This document shows positions 26,507 through 35,780 of a stretch of 62,482 bases of DNA, one piece after another (positions within the stretch are counted from its first letter, which is position 1; each line of letters begins with the position of its first letter). Position numbers and translations under genes: made by a program. The notes below the pieces were generated by a model. It saw only the letters and a program-made list of their open reading frames with translations, was not told the DNA's origin and searched no databases. The stretch lies in IMG/VR virus record IMGVR_UViG_3300044819_000092, positions 1-62,482 of that record. One strand, 5' to 3'. Source of the stretch: a virus. Lineage: Duplodnaviria; Caudoviricetes.

Positions 26507-26943
26507 GGCCGGGGCCCTTGCCCGAGGGGGCCGAGCGTGGACTGAGGACGGATCGCGCGAGCGGGGCAAGGTCGTAGCATGGGCATTCCCTTTCCCATTG
26601 GGGATGGAGACCGCACATCCGGTGAGAGGTCTGAGCGCGGCACCCCCTGCACCACGCCCACCGTCTCTAAGGGGAAGGGTCAAAAGCGGACCGGGTGTCC
26701 CGTCCGCGCGGTGAAAGTAAAACGCGCGTCCGAGCCTCGTCAACACCGAAACGTCACTTGCAGCTGGCGCGGGTAGCTGCCCGATCGACCGCACCACCTG
26801 CAAGCCTTCGATCCGCAATTGAAAATCCGCCGAGAGCGAGCCAGAAAAATTTTGCGGTTACTTTTTCCAGACTTTCAAGCGGTTTTACGAAGAGTACCAC
26901 GCAGCACCTCAGAGCACTTCGGCGCCCGCGGCATAAGCAATTT

Positions 26944-27405
26944 TCATGACACCCCTCCGAGCAGTCTCGGCCCACCATTCTGCTCGGCGAGGCGTATCCG
27001 CTCGATGATGGTCTGCCCGGTGTCGGTCACGATGTGGGCCAAGAACTCCTCCTCGAACGTCGCGATGCCGCTGCCCACGATCTCGAGCTTGGCCTTCATC
27101 GCGAGCAGCAGGCACCTCCACAGCCGCCGCTCCTCCTCCTCGATGGCCCTGGCGAGCCCCGGGGCCGCCGGCGCTCCGTAGCTTCTTCGTGACAGCGTCA
27201 TCGCCCGCTTCACGATCTTCGGGTCGTCCTTCGACGGCCTGGCGACCGAGAAGGAGACCCGGCGGCCTTTCAGGACAAACGAGAACCCCGCCTCGCCCGC
27301 GGTGTATCCCGAGGTGAACTCGGTCGCCCCGGCCTTGCGGAGGAGCGCCTCGATCTCGGCCCGGGTCTTCTCGACCGCGACCGTTGTGCCCTCAGCGAAC
27401 GGCAT
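26944..27405 (-). CDS. Conserved phage hypothetical protein
   Basis: TTVAVEKTRAEIEALL...WRCLLLAMKAKLE...FEEEFLAH. Confidence 0.75.
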   Translation of the reverse strand: MPFAEGTTVAVEKTRAEIEALLRKAGATEFTSGYTAGEAGFSFVLKGRRVSFSVARPSKDDPKIVKRAMTLSRRSYGAPAAPGLARAIEEEERRLWRCLLLAMKAKLEIVGSGIATFEEEFLAHIVTDTGQTIIERIRLAEQNGGPRLLGGVS

Positions 27406-27679
27406 CGGGGGGCTCCTCGCCGTCCTTGGGCTCCTTCTTCGGCCCGGTCCACCGCCACGTCCACGCTCCCCGCATCTCCTCGGCAGGGCCGGCGTAGACG
27501 AGGCGGCCGTCGTCTTCGGTCAGGGTAGCCGTGACGTCGGCGAGCCGGCCCTGCCAAATCTCGGAGCCGATGTACTCGAGCGCATCCCACATGTCGTAGA
27601 GGGTGGTCACCTCCTGCACGGTCCGGCCCTTCCCGGTGAAGGGCTCGTCATATTCAAGGCTCTCGAGCACGAGCTTCAT
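27392..27679 (-). CDS. Hypothetical protein
   Basis: Protein-like portion of the ORF from the ATG at 27679. Confidence 0.55.
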   Translation of the reverse strand: MKLVLESLEYDEPFTGKGRTVQEVTTLYDMWDALEYIGSEIWQGRLADVTATLTEDDGRLVYAGPAEEMRGAWTWRWTGPKKEPKDGEEPPDAVR

Positions 27680-27689
27680 GGCCGCCCCC

Positions 27690-29006
27690 CTAGCCGTCCG
27701 AGCCCGGCTCCTGCTGGGCGACCTTGGCCTTGAGCCGGGCGACGGCGCCCTCGAGCTCCGCTCGGGTGAGCTCGGAGAGCTCGTCCTTCTCGTACCAGAG
27801 GCAGACTTCCTCGTTGGACATCTCGGCGGTGGAGGCGAGCCGGGCGGCCTCGCTGCGCAGGTTGTCGAGTTCGATGGAGGGGGGAGGGGCCTGGCCCTCG
27901 GCAGACGCTTTGGCGGGCGGGGGAGACGCCTTGGCGGCGGTCTGGGCGGTGGCGGCCGGAGCCTTGCCGGCTTCCCGCTCGGCCTTGGCCTTGGCGGTGG
28001 CGTCGGCGATGGCGGAGCCCGGCGGCTTGGCCTTGGCCTTCTCGGCCTCCCGCTTGAGCCTGATCTCGGCCGCGGCTTCCTCGGCCGCCTTCTTCTCGAT
28101 GTGCTCGACCTTGCCTTCGAGGACGTCGCCCCAGGTGACCTCACCGTCGCGGATGGCGACGAAGAGCCGCCGGAGCTTGATCAACTCGGCCGGGCTCAAC
28201 GTCTTCAGGTCATGGCCCACGTACTCGCGGAGCGACTGCGGGTCGACGCCGATGGCGAGGTACGAATCGAGCAGCTTCTTCCGCTCGCCGTCCGGGTCCA
28301 CGGCCATCCGGTTCTCGAGGGTGGAGTAGCACTTGGCCATCGCCTCCTCCTTGATGTCGGCCGGCAAGTTCTTCAAGATCCCGTCCCTCCAGGCCTTGGA
28401 CGCCTCGGCCCCTTCTTGCTTGGCGACGTCGTCCGGGGTGGCCTCGACGATGTAGACGAGATCGCCATAGCTGTTCATCCGCGAGCCGAGCGGGGTCTGG
28501 TTCTTCTTGAGCTTCTTCCGCTCGGTGGTCTTCTGCACGGTCACGGTCTTGCACCACGTGACGTTGCTCTCGAGATCCTTGACCACGAACTTGACGATCT
28601 TCTTCCGCGAGTCGTCGTACAGGCTGAAACTGTCGATGTCGAGGTTTCTCATGTTGCGCGCGGCCTCCTCCGCGAACCGGATGGACAGCCCCTCGATGAC
28701 CTTGTCCTCCCACTCGCCCGTCTTCTCGTTCTGCTGCTTGCCCACGGGTTTGGCGAAGATGGCGGCGTCGGCGAAGAGCGGCCGGTCGCAGGCGCCGAGG
28801 AGCTTGGCCCGCACCTGATCCCAGGAGCGCGGGTAGCGCATGGCCATCACGAACGACGCCTCGATGCTGGCCCGAGCCTGGGCCGCGACCGCGACGGAGG
28901 ACGTCTCGACGACGTCCCTCGACTCGATGCCGTTGAACTCCTGGCGCTCGATGCGGGTTGGATCCTGGATACCGTTCGGGATGGTGACGAGATCTGGCGT
29001 GGTCAT
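27690..29006 (-). CDS. Putative recombination/strand-annealing partner of YqaJ
   Basis: AMRYPRS...IEGLSIRFAEEAARNMRNL motif; coupled to the YqaJ gene. Confidence 0.6.
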   Translation of the reverse strand: MTTPDLVTIPNGIQDPTRIERQEFNGIESRDVVETSSVAVAAQARASIEASFVMAMRYPRSWDQVRAKLLGACDRPLFADAAIFAKPVGKQQNEKTGEWEDKVIEGLSIRFAEEAARNMRNLDIDSFSLYDDSRKKIVKFVVKDLESNVTWCKTVTVQKTTERKKLKKNQTPLGSRMNSYGDLVYIVEATPDDVAKQEGAEASKAWRDGILKNLPADIKEEAMAKCYSTLENRMAVDPDGERKKLLDSYLAIGVDPQSLREYVGHDLKTLSPAELIKLRRLFVAIRDGEVTWGDVLEGKVEHIEKKAAEEAAAEIRLKREAEKAKAKPPGSAIADATAKAKAEREAGKAPAATAQTAAKASPPPAKASAEGQAPPPSIELDNLRSEAARLASTAEMSNEEVCLWYEKDELSELTRAELEGAVARLKAKVAQQEPGSDG

Positions 29007-29971
29007 TTTCTGCCTTTCTTTTGGGACTCGAGCTTGAGGGTCCGGAAGGAGTATCCGCCCGCGAGTTTCTCGGGCACGGTGGTCGTCTTCAGGGTGAGCC
29101 GTCTGCCATCGGGGAGGAGCCCGAAGGTCGCGTCGCCGATGGCCGCACGAAGCAGGTTCTCAGCGGTATCTATGCGATCCTTGTTCTCCTTTGTCGTGGC
29201 TGAAATCGCGTCCTTGCCCGATCGCCACGCGGAGACCCAAGCGAGCGCATCGTCGGGGAGCGCAATCTCGCTGCCGTCATCGTTCGGGTGGAGGCGCTTC
29301 AGCACCTTCTCGGTCGCCTCGGAGCCGTCGACGGGCGGCGCGACGTTGCGCTTGACCAGATCCCAGAACCACGCCACCTGCGCCTCGATCTCGTCGATGA
29401 GCGCGTCGTCCCTCATCACGTCGAAGAACTTGAACTTGTTGCCGCCAACCAGCACCGCGGCCGAGCCCCACCGGACGCCGAGGCAGGCGATCTCGGTCTG
29501 GACCTGCACCACGACGTGATCGGGGATCCCGTCTGCCCAGTCGTGCGCCATGTACCAGCCGGCGTTCTTGATCTGCAGATTCCCGGGGCCAGGCATCCCG
29601 TCGGCCTCGATGACGATCCGGTCCGGCGTCGCCCGCAGCTCGGGGATCCGCGGGTGCCGCGCCACGCAGAACGGCCCGCCGTCCCAGATCTTGCGGCCGG
29701 TGCGCTTCTCGTAGAGCCCGGCGACGACCGGCTCGATGAGCCCGCCGATCTCCAGGTACTCCCCCTCGAGATCACGCCTCGGGGCCCGGCCCGTCTTCTC
29801 CATCCAGAGCGAGAAGGCCGAGCCCCACGAGGACGGCGCCAGCCCGAAGAGGATCGCGACCTCGGAGGCCCCGACTCCTTCCTGCCGAGCGGCGAGCCAC
29901 GTCGGGCGGTCGCGGTAGTTGATGAGGTTCTTCTCGTACGTCGTCGGCTCTTGAACGAGGGCGAGGGTCAT
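29003..29971 (-). CDS. YqaJ/lambda-exonuclease family protein
   Basis: WLAARQEGVGASEV...LRATPDR...LQIKN...QVQ. Confidence 0.9.
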   Translation of the reverse strand: MTLALVQEPTTYEKNLINYRDRPTWLAARQEGVGASEVAILFGLAPSSWGSAFSLWMEKTGRAPRRDLEGEYLEIGGLIEPVVAGLYEKRTGRKIWDGGPFCVARHPRIPELRATPDRIVIEADGMPGPGNLQIKNAGWYMAHDWADGIPDHVVVQVQTEIACLGVRWGSAAVLVGGNKFKFFDVMRDDALIDEIEAQVAWFWDLVKRNVAPPVDGSEATEKVLKRLHPNDDGSEIALPDDALAWVSAWRSGKDAISATTKENKDRIDTAENLLRAAIGDATFGLLPDGRRLTLKTTTVPEKLAGGYSFRTLKLESQKKGRK

Positions 29972-30921
29972 CGGTTCACCTCCGGTGCGTTCCAGGTTTC
30001 GGGTGGGGCTTCGAGGAAGGCGGCGATGGCGTTGAGACGAACCCGGGCGGTGGCCACCCGAGCCCGAGCCGCGCGCGTGCCGAGCCCGAGGACGGACGAC
30101 GCATCGGCCACGGCGCGAACCGTGGCGGCGTACGCCAGCACCTTCTCGGCGTCGGGGAGGAGCGCCGCGAGCCGGGTGGCCTCGTCGGCCGCGCGCTTGG
30201 CCTCGGCCTCCTCGGCCTCGAGCGCCGCGACCCGGAGCCGCTCGGCCTCGGCGGTGGCGGCCTGCTTCGCCTCGAGCTCCCGGGCAGCGCCCTCGATCTC
30301 CTCGGCGAGCTGGCGGGCCTGCTCCTCGATCCGGCGTCGCTCGACGGCGAGGGCCTGCTCGGCCCGACGGTTCTTCTCGTCCACCTCCCGCTGGGCCGCC
30401 CGTGCCGCCGCCTGCTCGTCCTCGAACACCTTGCGCTCGGCCGCGATGCGAGCCCGCTCGACCGCGAGCCGTGCGTCCTCGGCCTCCCGCTCGGCCTTGA
30501 GCCTGGCCTCCTCCGCTTCGCGCTCGGCCTTGACCTTCGCCTGCAGGGCCAGGAACTCCGCCTGCTCGGCTTCGCGCTTGAGCCGGGCCTTCTCATCGTC
30601 GACGATCTGCTTCTTCACCTGCAGCGGCAGCTCGATGCCCTGGATGAGCGCGGTGAGATCCTTGGCCACGCCGTCGACCTTGCGGCCCCATTCGAGCGCG
30701 TCCGCTTTCAACTCCTTGCGTCGTTTCTCGACCGCGGTGCGGGTGGTCCGGCAGTGCGCGATGGCGAGCCGGACTTCCTCGTACCCCTCGGGGGTGGTGG
30801 CCTCGAGCGAGGCGTAGATCTGCCGGGTGGCCTCGATGTCGGCCTCGGTGACGTCGTATTCGACGGGCCTGTCAGAGACCGGGGCGCGGAGGGCGGTGAC
30901 CGTGGTGCGTGCCTGGTTCAT
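29968..30921 (-). CDS. Coiled-coil protein
   Basis: Long Ala/Glu/Arg heptad-rich ORF upstream of the recombination genes. Confidence 0.75.
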   Translation of the reverse strand: MNQARTTVTALRAPVSDRPVEYDVTEADIEATRQIYASLEATTPEGYEEVRLAIAHCRTTRTAVEKRRKELKADALEWGRKVDGVAKDLTALIQGIELPLQVKKQIVDDEKARLKREAEQAEFLALQAKVKAEREAEEARLKAEREAEDARLAVERARIAAERKVFEDEQAAARAAQREVDEKNRRAEQALAVERRRIEEQARQLAEEIEGAARELEAKQAATAEAERLRVAALEAEEAEAKRAADEATRLAALLPDAEKVLAYAATVRAVADASSVLGLGTRAARARVATARVRLNAIAAFLEAPPETWNAPEVNR

Positions 30922-30977
30922 TCATAGACGTTAACCAATGGACGAACGGCAAGCAATGGTGTTTTTCGTCTATTGAC

Positions 30978-31478
30978 TTAGCGATCCCAGGTCGACTCGG
31001 GGACGAGGAACGGGGCCCGCGCGAGCAGGGCACGCTTGTCGGCCGGCGGCTTGGACTTCACGCCCCACGACTTCGCGGTGGAGTACGGTACGTGAAAATG
31101 AGCAGCAATCGCGAAGATCGAGAGGCCAGAGTTTTTCGCGGCCACGGCCATCGGGCGCTTCAGCTTCTTGATCGTTCGTCCTCGGCGGAGCGTCGGCTCG
31201 GTGCTCGGGGCTTCCATCTTTCGTCCTATGCTGCCACCATGGACGACGGATGACAAGGACGACGTCGACGGCTTCGGGATCGGGTACTCGGGCTCGAGCT
31301 TGGGCCAGGTGGAGACGGGGACGCCGAGCTCTACTCTCACGGCCTCGGCGAAGGCCCGAGAGACGGGCGCCTTGCCGGCAAGCATCGAGCGCACCCACTT
31401 CGGATCGACGTCGCGCTCATCCCACCATGCGTCGAAGATTGCATCGAACAGAACGTGGGGCGCCACTTGCGCCACCAT
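30978..31478 (-). CDS. Putative repressor-like protein with two small helical domains
   Basis: Both halves end in VPxSTW; the second has an HTH-like LSIFAIAAHFHVPYSTAKSW. Confidence 0.5.
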   Translation of the reverse strand: MVAQVAPHVLFDAIFDAWWDERDVDPKWVRSMLAGKAPVSRAFAEAVRVELGVPVSTWPKLEPEYPIPKPSTSSLSSVVHGGSIGRKMEAPSTEPTLRRGRTIKKLKRPMAVAAKNSGLSIFAIAAHFHVPYSTAKSWGVKSKPPADKRALLARAPFLVPESTWDR

Positions 31479-31503
31479 GCACGGGGCCGAGCCCCGCCGT
31501 CAA

Positions 31504-31986
31504 GTGATCGTCCTCGGTGTCGACCCGGGATCCATCCGCCTCGGCTACGGAGTGGTCCGTACCGTCGGGCAGCGCTTGCACTACCTCGACTGCGGGGTCA
31601 TCTCGGCCCCGGCGGGATGGTCGCTCGAAAGGCGGCTCGCGGAGATCGGCCAGGGCCTGGAGGACGCGGTCTCCGAAGCGGTGGAGGCGGCTGATCCTGG
31701 GGAGCTGTGCCTGGCCGCGATCGAGGCTGGATACGCCGAGGGCCCAGGGGTCCTGGCGCTGTCGGCCGCGCGCGGGGTGGCGATGTTCATCCTTTACCGG
31801 CAGCTCGGGGTGGAGATCCGGGCGTACGCTCCCTCGACGGTGAAGCTCGCCGCCACCGGCCACGGCAACGCCGACAAGTCGCTCGTGTCCCGGATGGTGA
31901 AGCTGCGGCTCGGGATGAAGACGGAGCCCGGGCCCGACGAGGGGGACGCGCTCGCCATCGCCATCTGTCGGGCCTGCGAGCCGTAG
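31504..31986 (+). CDS. ruvC: Holliday junction resolvase RuvC (cellular type)
   Basis: VLGVDPG..RLGYGVV, AIE, YAPSTVKLAATGHGNADK, DEGDALAIAIC. Confidence 0.9.
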   Translation: MIVLGVDPGSIRLGYGVVRTVGQRLHYLDCGVISAPAGWSLERRLAEIGQGLEDAVSEAVEAADPGELCLAAIEAGYAEGPGVLALSAARGVAMFILYRQLGVEIRAYAPSTVKLAATGHGNADKSLVSRMVKLRLGMKTEPGPDEGDALAIAICRACEP

Positions 31987-32002
31987 GTGGTACGCTCGTC
32001 CC

Positions 32003-32161
32003 ATGCCCATCCCCTTCGTCCCCCTCGCGGTCCTCATCGTCGGGCTCCTCATGTGGGCCTTGAGCGCGAACGTTCGAGTCCAGGAGATGGGCCGGATCGC
32101 CTACGCGGTCGGGCTCTTCTTCGCCGTCGCGGTGGTCGCGCGGGCGCTGCTGCACGTCTAG
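32003..32161 (+). CDS. Small two-TM membrane protein
   Basis: MPIPFVPLAVLIVGLLMWALS...AYAVGLFFAVAVV. Confidence 0.6.
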   Translation: MPIPFVPLAVLIVGLLMWALSANVRVQEMGRIAYAVGLFFAVAVVARALLHV

Positions 32162-32163
32162 GC

Positions 32164-32757
32164 CTACGCCGTCGCGCCGCCCTCGATCTGATCTCTGCAC
32201 CAGTCGTTCCGCTCGGCCCGGACGCCCGCCCTGTGGCTCTCGCGTGCGGCGGTCTTGAAGTCGCGCCGGTCGATGGCCGCGCGGAAGTCCACGAACGTGT
32301 GCAGGGTCCCGAGCCCCATGTTCCAATCCATATCCACGCAGCCGTACTGCACGCCGTCGGGCAGCATGTCGAACCCCTGGAAGAGCCGCCGGAGCCCGGG
32401 CAAGCAGTCCTCCTCGAGCCGGACGAGCGCGAGCTCGTCGATGGCATCGTCATCGAGGTAGAGCTGGGCCGCGTGGCCCTGGTAGTGAGCGGCCAGGAAC
32501 CCTGGCTTCATGGCGCGGACCCGGTTCCAGTCGGCCTGGATCTCGTCGAGGGTCGCGGGGCGCACGGCCTCGCCCGGGTTGCCGGACGAGAGCATGAACG
32601 GCAGCGCCTGGGCGGCGGCCAGGCTCGGCAGGAGGCAGCCGATCCCGATGGTGACGTTGGGGGTGGGGACGCCGCCCTTCTTGGCGGTGTCGAGGTAGAG
32701 GTGCCGGATGCGGTCCTCCCACTTCTCGAGCGCGGAGAGGAATTGCTCGGGCCTCAT
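32164..32757 (-). CDS. Endolysin, GH24 lysozyme-like
   Basis: WE...LYLDT...VTIGIGCL and DMDWNMG motifs. Confidence 0.85.
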   Translation of the reverse strand: MRPEQFLSALEKWEDRIRHLYLDTAKKGGVPTPNVTIGIGCLLPSLAAAQALPFMLSSGNPGEAVRPATLDEIQADWNRVRAMKPGFLAAHYQGHAAQLYLDDDAIDELALVRLEEDCLPGLRRLFQGFDMLPDGVQYGCVDMDWNMGLGTLHTFVDFRAAIDRRDFKTAARESHRAGVRAERNDWCRDQIEGGATA

Positions 32758-33176
32758 GACTTCGGCCTTTCGTTGAGGGTGGTGACGGAGTCCGTCCCGG
32801 CCTTCGGTGGATCGGGCACGGGGGCTCTCGGCTCGTCAGGTGGGAAGAGCGGTGGCGCGAGCGGCTGCCCGCCGTTGTACGGCAAGGGGGACGCCTTGAG
32901 GAGCTGGTGGCCCACGATGGAGGCGCCCCCTGAGAAGACCGCCCCGAACACGATGTTGCCGACCACGTTCCAGGTGTCCTTGCCGATGGCCGGCGCCGCC
33001 GACATGAGGCCCGAGAGGATCATGGCCGGCAGGGCCTGCAGGATCTCGTTCTTGCGGGTGACCGCGTCCCAGCTGGCGATCGAGATCTTGCGCCAGCCAT
33101 AGATGAGCCCGCCGGCGATGGCGCTGATCATCGCGTAGACGAGCTTCGGATCGAGCGACTGCAGAAAATGGATCAT
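32754..33176 (-). CDS. Putative holin
   Basis: Three hydrophobic segments; immediately upstream of the endolysin. Confidence 0.65.
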   Translation of the reverse strand: MIHFLQSLDPKLVYAMISAIAGGLIYGWRKISIASWDAVTRKNEILQALPAMILSGLMSAAPAIGKDTWNVVGNIVFGAVFSGGASIVGHQLLKASPLPYNGGQPLAPPLFPPDEPRAPVPDPPKAGTDSVTTLNERPKS

Positions 33177-33631
33177 GGGGGATCTCCTTCGGGCTCGGCC
33201 GGTGGCGCGTCCGCGGTCGGCTTCGGTTTCGGCTTCTTGGCCTTCGGCTGGGGGCGCGCCGCGAGCGCGATCTCGAGCGCCCGAGCGACGTCGGCCTGGG
33301 CCTGCTTGCTGAGGCCATCTTTCCGGATCCCCTGCCGCAACTCGGTGAGGCGGGTCTCGAGCGCGACGACCCGAGCGGTGAGCCGGGTCTCTCGCTCGGT
33401 CGCGGCCTTGGTGGTCTCGACCCCCACGAACTTGACCACCCCGCCGAGGCTGAGGCCCGAGGCCATGATGATGGTGAGGATGGAGCGCTGCCACTGGGGC
33501 AATCCCGCGAGCAGCTCGGCCACGGGGCCGCGCTTGAGGTTCGGGACCGAGTGATCCTCGGGCGGAGGTGGCGCCTGCTCCTCGCGGCGGACGACCCGGT
33601 AGGGACGGCTCCTGTCCCTGTAGTCGACCAT
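33173..33631 (-). CDS. Single-TM coiled-coil protein of the lysis region
   Basis: ILTIIMASGLSLGGVV followed by a coiled coil. Confidence 0.55.
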   Translation of the reverse strand: MVDYRDRSRPYRVVRREEQAPPPPEDHSVPNLKRGPVAELLAGLPQWQRSILTIIMASGLSLGGVVKFVGVETTKAATERETRLTARVVALETRLTELRQGIRKDGLSKQAQADVARALEIALAARPQPKAKKPKPKPTADAPPAEPEGDPP

Positions 33632-34008
33632 CACGGCCTGTCGCTTTGGCCGACCGCTCGCAGGGGTGGCGGTGCCGCGTGCGGGCCTGGGCCCCGGGGG
33701 GCGGGCCTCGCCCATATCTCGAGCTTGCGGGTGGAGGGTGACCACGCGAAGGTGAGCTCGACGTCCCGGTGGTCCACCTCCATCGCATCGAGGATCCGGT
33801 CGACCTGCTTGCGCATCCCCTGGGCGTCGCGGATCCAGTCCCCCGGCGCGCCCGTGACCTCGGCATTCACGCGGCGCTGGAACTCCGGGCTCGAGCACGC
33901 CACGAGCACTGCGTTGGCGCGGGAGACGAGGTCGGGCCGCGCGCCCCGCTCGGCGCCGTCAGAGGCGCGGCGGGCTTGCCGCCTGCGCTTCTTGCCCGGC
34001 TTTCCCAT
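33631..34008 (-). CDS. Hypothetical protein
   Basis: Preceded by a TTGAGG-N17-CATGAT promoter-like motif. Confidence 0.6.
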   Translation of the reverse strand: MGKPGKKRRRQARRASDGAERGARPDLVSRANAVLVACSSPEFQRRVNAEVTGAPGDWIRDAQGMRKQVDRILDAMEVDHRDVELTFAWSPSTRKLEIWARPAPRGPGPHAAPPPLRAVGQSDRP

Positions 34009-34060
34009 GGCCCGATCATGGGGCCCGGGGGGACCGCCCTCAAAAACCCGGGCTAGCCGG

Positions 34061-35041
34061 TCAGAGCAGGACGTCGCCCGGCCAGGTGTTCGCGCGGACG
34101 TCCACGGGGCCGATGCGGACCCGCGAGTCGCCGGTGTTCGACCATTGCTGAAAGAACGGCGTCGGCTGGCGGATCATGATGGCGACGTTGGCGACGATGG
34201 CCCCGTTGGCGTAGACGATGGCGCGCGCGGTCCCGTCGTCCGAGGCGTTGGCGCCGATGCGCTCGATCCGGAAGCGGGTGAGGTTGCCCGAGGTGGCAGA
34301 GATGCCGGTGTCGACGTAGGCCACAGCGCCGGCCGCGACCTTGGTGTAGACCTGCCAGTTGGCCAGGGAGCCCGGCTTGACGATGGCGACGGCCTCGGGC
34401 ACCTGGGCGGTGAAGGGCCCTGACCCAGAGCCCGAGCCGTTGAGCGCGAGCCCGAACGCCTGCTCGGACTGGCCGGAGTTCGGGAGGTTCGAGTACACGT
34501 CGAACTGCATCGAGATGGCGATGTCGGCGTCGGTCGCTCCGCCTGCGATATTGACCGCCGTCACCGGGCCCGCGGCCTCGACGTTGGTGAGCCCTCCGCC
34601 CGAGCCGTTCCCGGCGTCGAGCTCCAGGCACCCGATGGCGCCCACCCATGCCGGCACCACGATCCCGGCGGTGGTGATCCGGTAGATCCACCGGCCGAAG
34701 AGGGCACCTGCACCGGGCGCCGTCGGATAGGTGAAGTAGTGGCTCCAGTCCTCCTGCCAGGCGACGAGCTTGCCGGCCGGGAACCCGAGGTGGTCCACCG
34801 CAAAGCGCCCCTGGCCGTTCGCATCTTTGAACTGCTTGATGGCCTGGATCCACGCGGACGCCTTCGCCTTCGGGACTTTCTCCCAGGCGATGTAGTCGGC
34901 GAGGACCTGGAACGCTTGCATCACGGAGGCCGCGGTGGCCGGATCCCCCGACGCCGGCAAGGTGAGGATCGGCAAGGCTGCTGGATCGGGCGCGGTGGCC
35001 GGCGTGTGAGCCGAGACGGGGTTGCCGGTGTACGTGGACAT
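34061..35041 (-). CDS. Putative tail fibre/receptor-binding protein
   Basis: Last gene of the baseplate cluster; beta-rich composition. Confidence 0.6.
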   Translation of the reverse strand: MSTYTGNPVSAHTPATAPDPAALPILTLPASGDPATAASVMQAFQVLADYIAWEKVPKAKASAWIQAIKQFKDANGQGRFAVDHLGFPAGKLVAWQEDWSHYFTYPTAPGAGALFGRWIYRITTAGIVVPAWVGAIGCLELDAGNGSGGGLTNVEAAGPVTAVNIAGGATDADIAISMQFDVYSNLPNSGQSEQAFGLALNGSGSGSGPFTAQVPEAVAIVKPGSLANWQVYTKVAAGAVAYVDTGISATSGNLTRFRIERIGANASDDGTARAIVYANGAIVANVAIMIRQPTPFFQQWSNTGDSRVRIGPVDVRANTWPGDVLL

Positions 35042-35087
35042 GGCGCGATCCTCGCCCGGGTCCGGGCCCGCACCAACTTCGGGCTCC

Positions 35088-35780
35088 TCAGAGCGGCGGG
35101 ATGTCGCGCACGATGCCGGTGGTGATCCCGTCGGCCCAGAGCCTGCCGGAGGCGTCCCAGGCCGCGCCGAACGGCCAGTCCCAAAACGGCCCCGTCACGA
35201 AGATCTTCGCCCCCATGTACCTGGCCTTGGCCGGCGCCCAGCTCCTCACCAGCTGATCGAGCTCGAGCGCGAGCGGCGAGCCGACGGTGAGCCCGGCGAC
35301 GTCCGCGCCGAAGACGATCCCGAACTGGTTCCAGATCTCCGGCCCCTGGGTGTTGAAGGTCCACCCGTTGTGCTCGCGGATGGTCACGACGCCCGAGTCC
35401 AGGTAGCTGTAGAGCTTGGTCCGCTGGATGATGACGGCCCCGGCGGCGAGGCCCACCGGCAGGCCCGCGCGCGCGAGCGCGAAGAGGAGCCCGCCGTGGC
35501 TGCCCTTGAAGGCGTGGCCCTGCGGCCCGTCCCAGCTCGTGCGCAGGCGCTCGGCGTACTCGTCCTCGCTCTCGCCACCCGCGAGGGGCAGCCCGCGATC
35601 GGCCCCGATGAGCCCGAGCGCATCACCCGGGGCCGCGCTCGGGATGTCCGCGAGGACGGCCTGCCGGTTCATGTCGAGCTCGAGATCCTTCTCGGCGCCG
35701 AGGGTGGACGTGAGGGCAGACCCGTTCTTGCCTTGCAGGAACCCCGGCGCGAGCTTCTTCTCGTAGTCCGCGTAGCTCAT
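35088..35780 (-). CDS. Baseplate wedge protein (P2 gpI-like)
   Basis: ALGLIGADRGL...GESEDEYAERL; follows the J-like genes. Confidence 0.7.
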   Translation of the reverse strand: MSYADYEKKLAPGFLQGKNGSALTSTLGAEKDLELDMNRQAVLADIPSAAPGDALGLIGADRGLPLAGGESEDEYAERLRTSWDGPQGHAFKGSHGGLLFALARAGLPVGLAAGAVIIQRTKLYSYLDSGVVTIREHNGWTFNTQGPEIWNQFGIVFGADVAGLTVGSPLALELDQLVRSWAPAKARYMGAKIFVTGPFWDWPFGAAWDASGRLWADGITTGIVRDIPPL

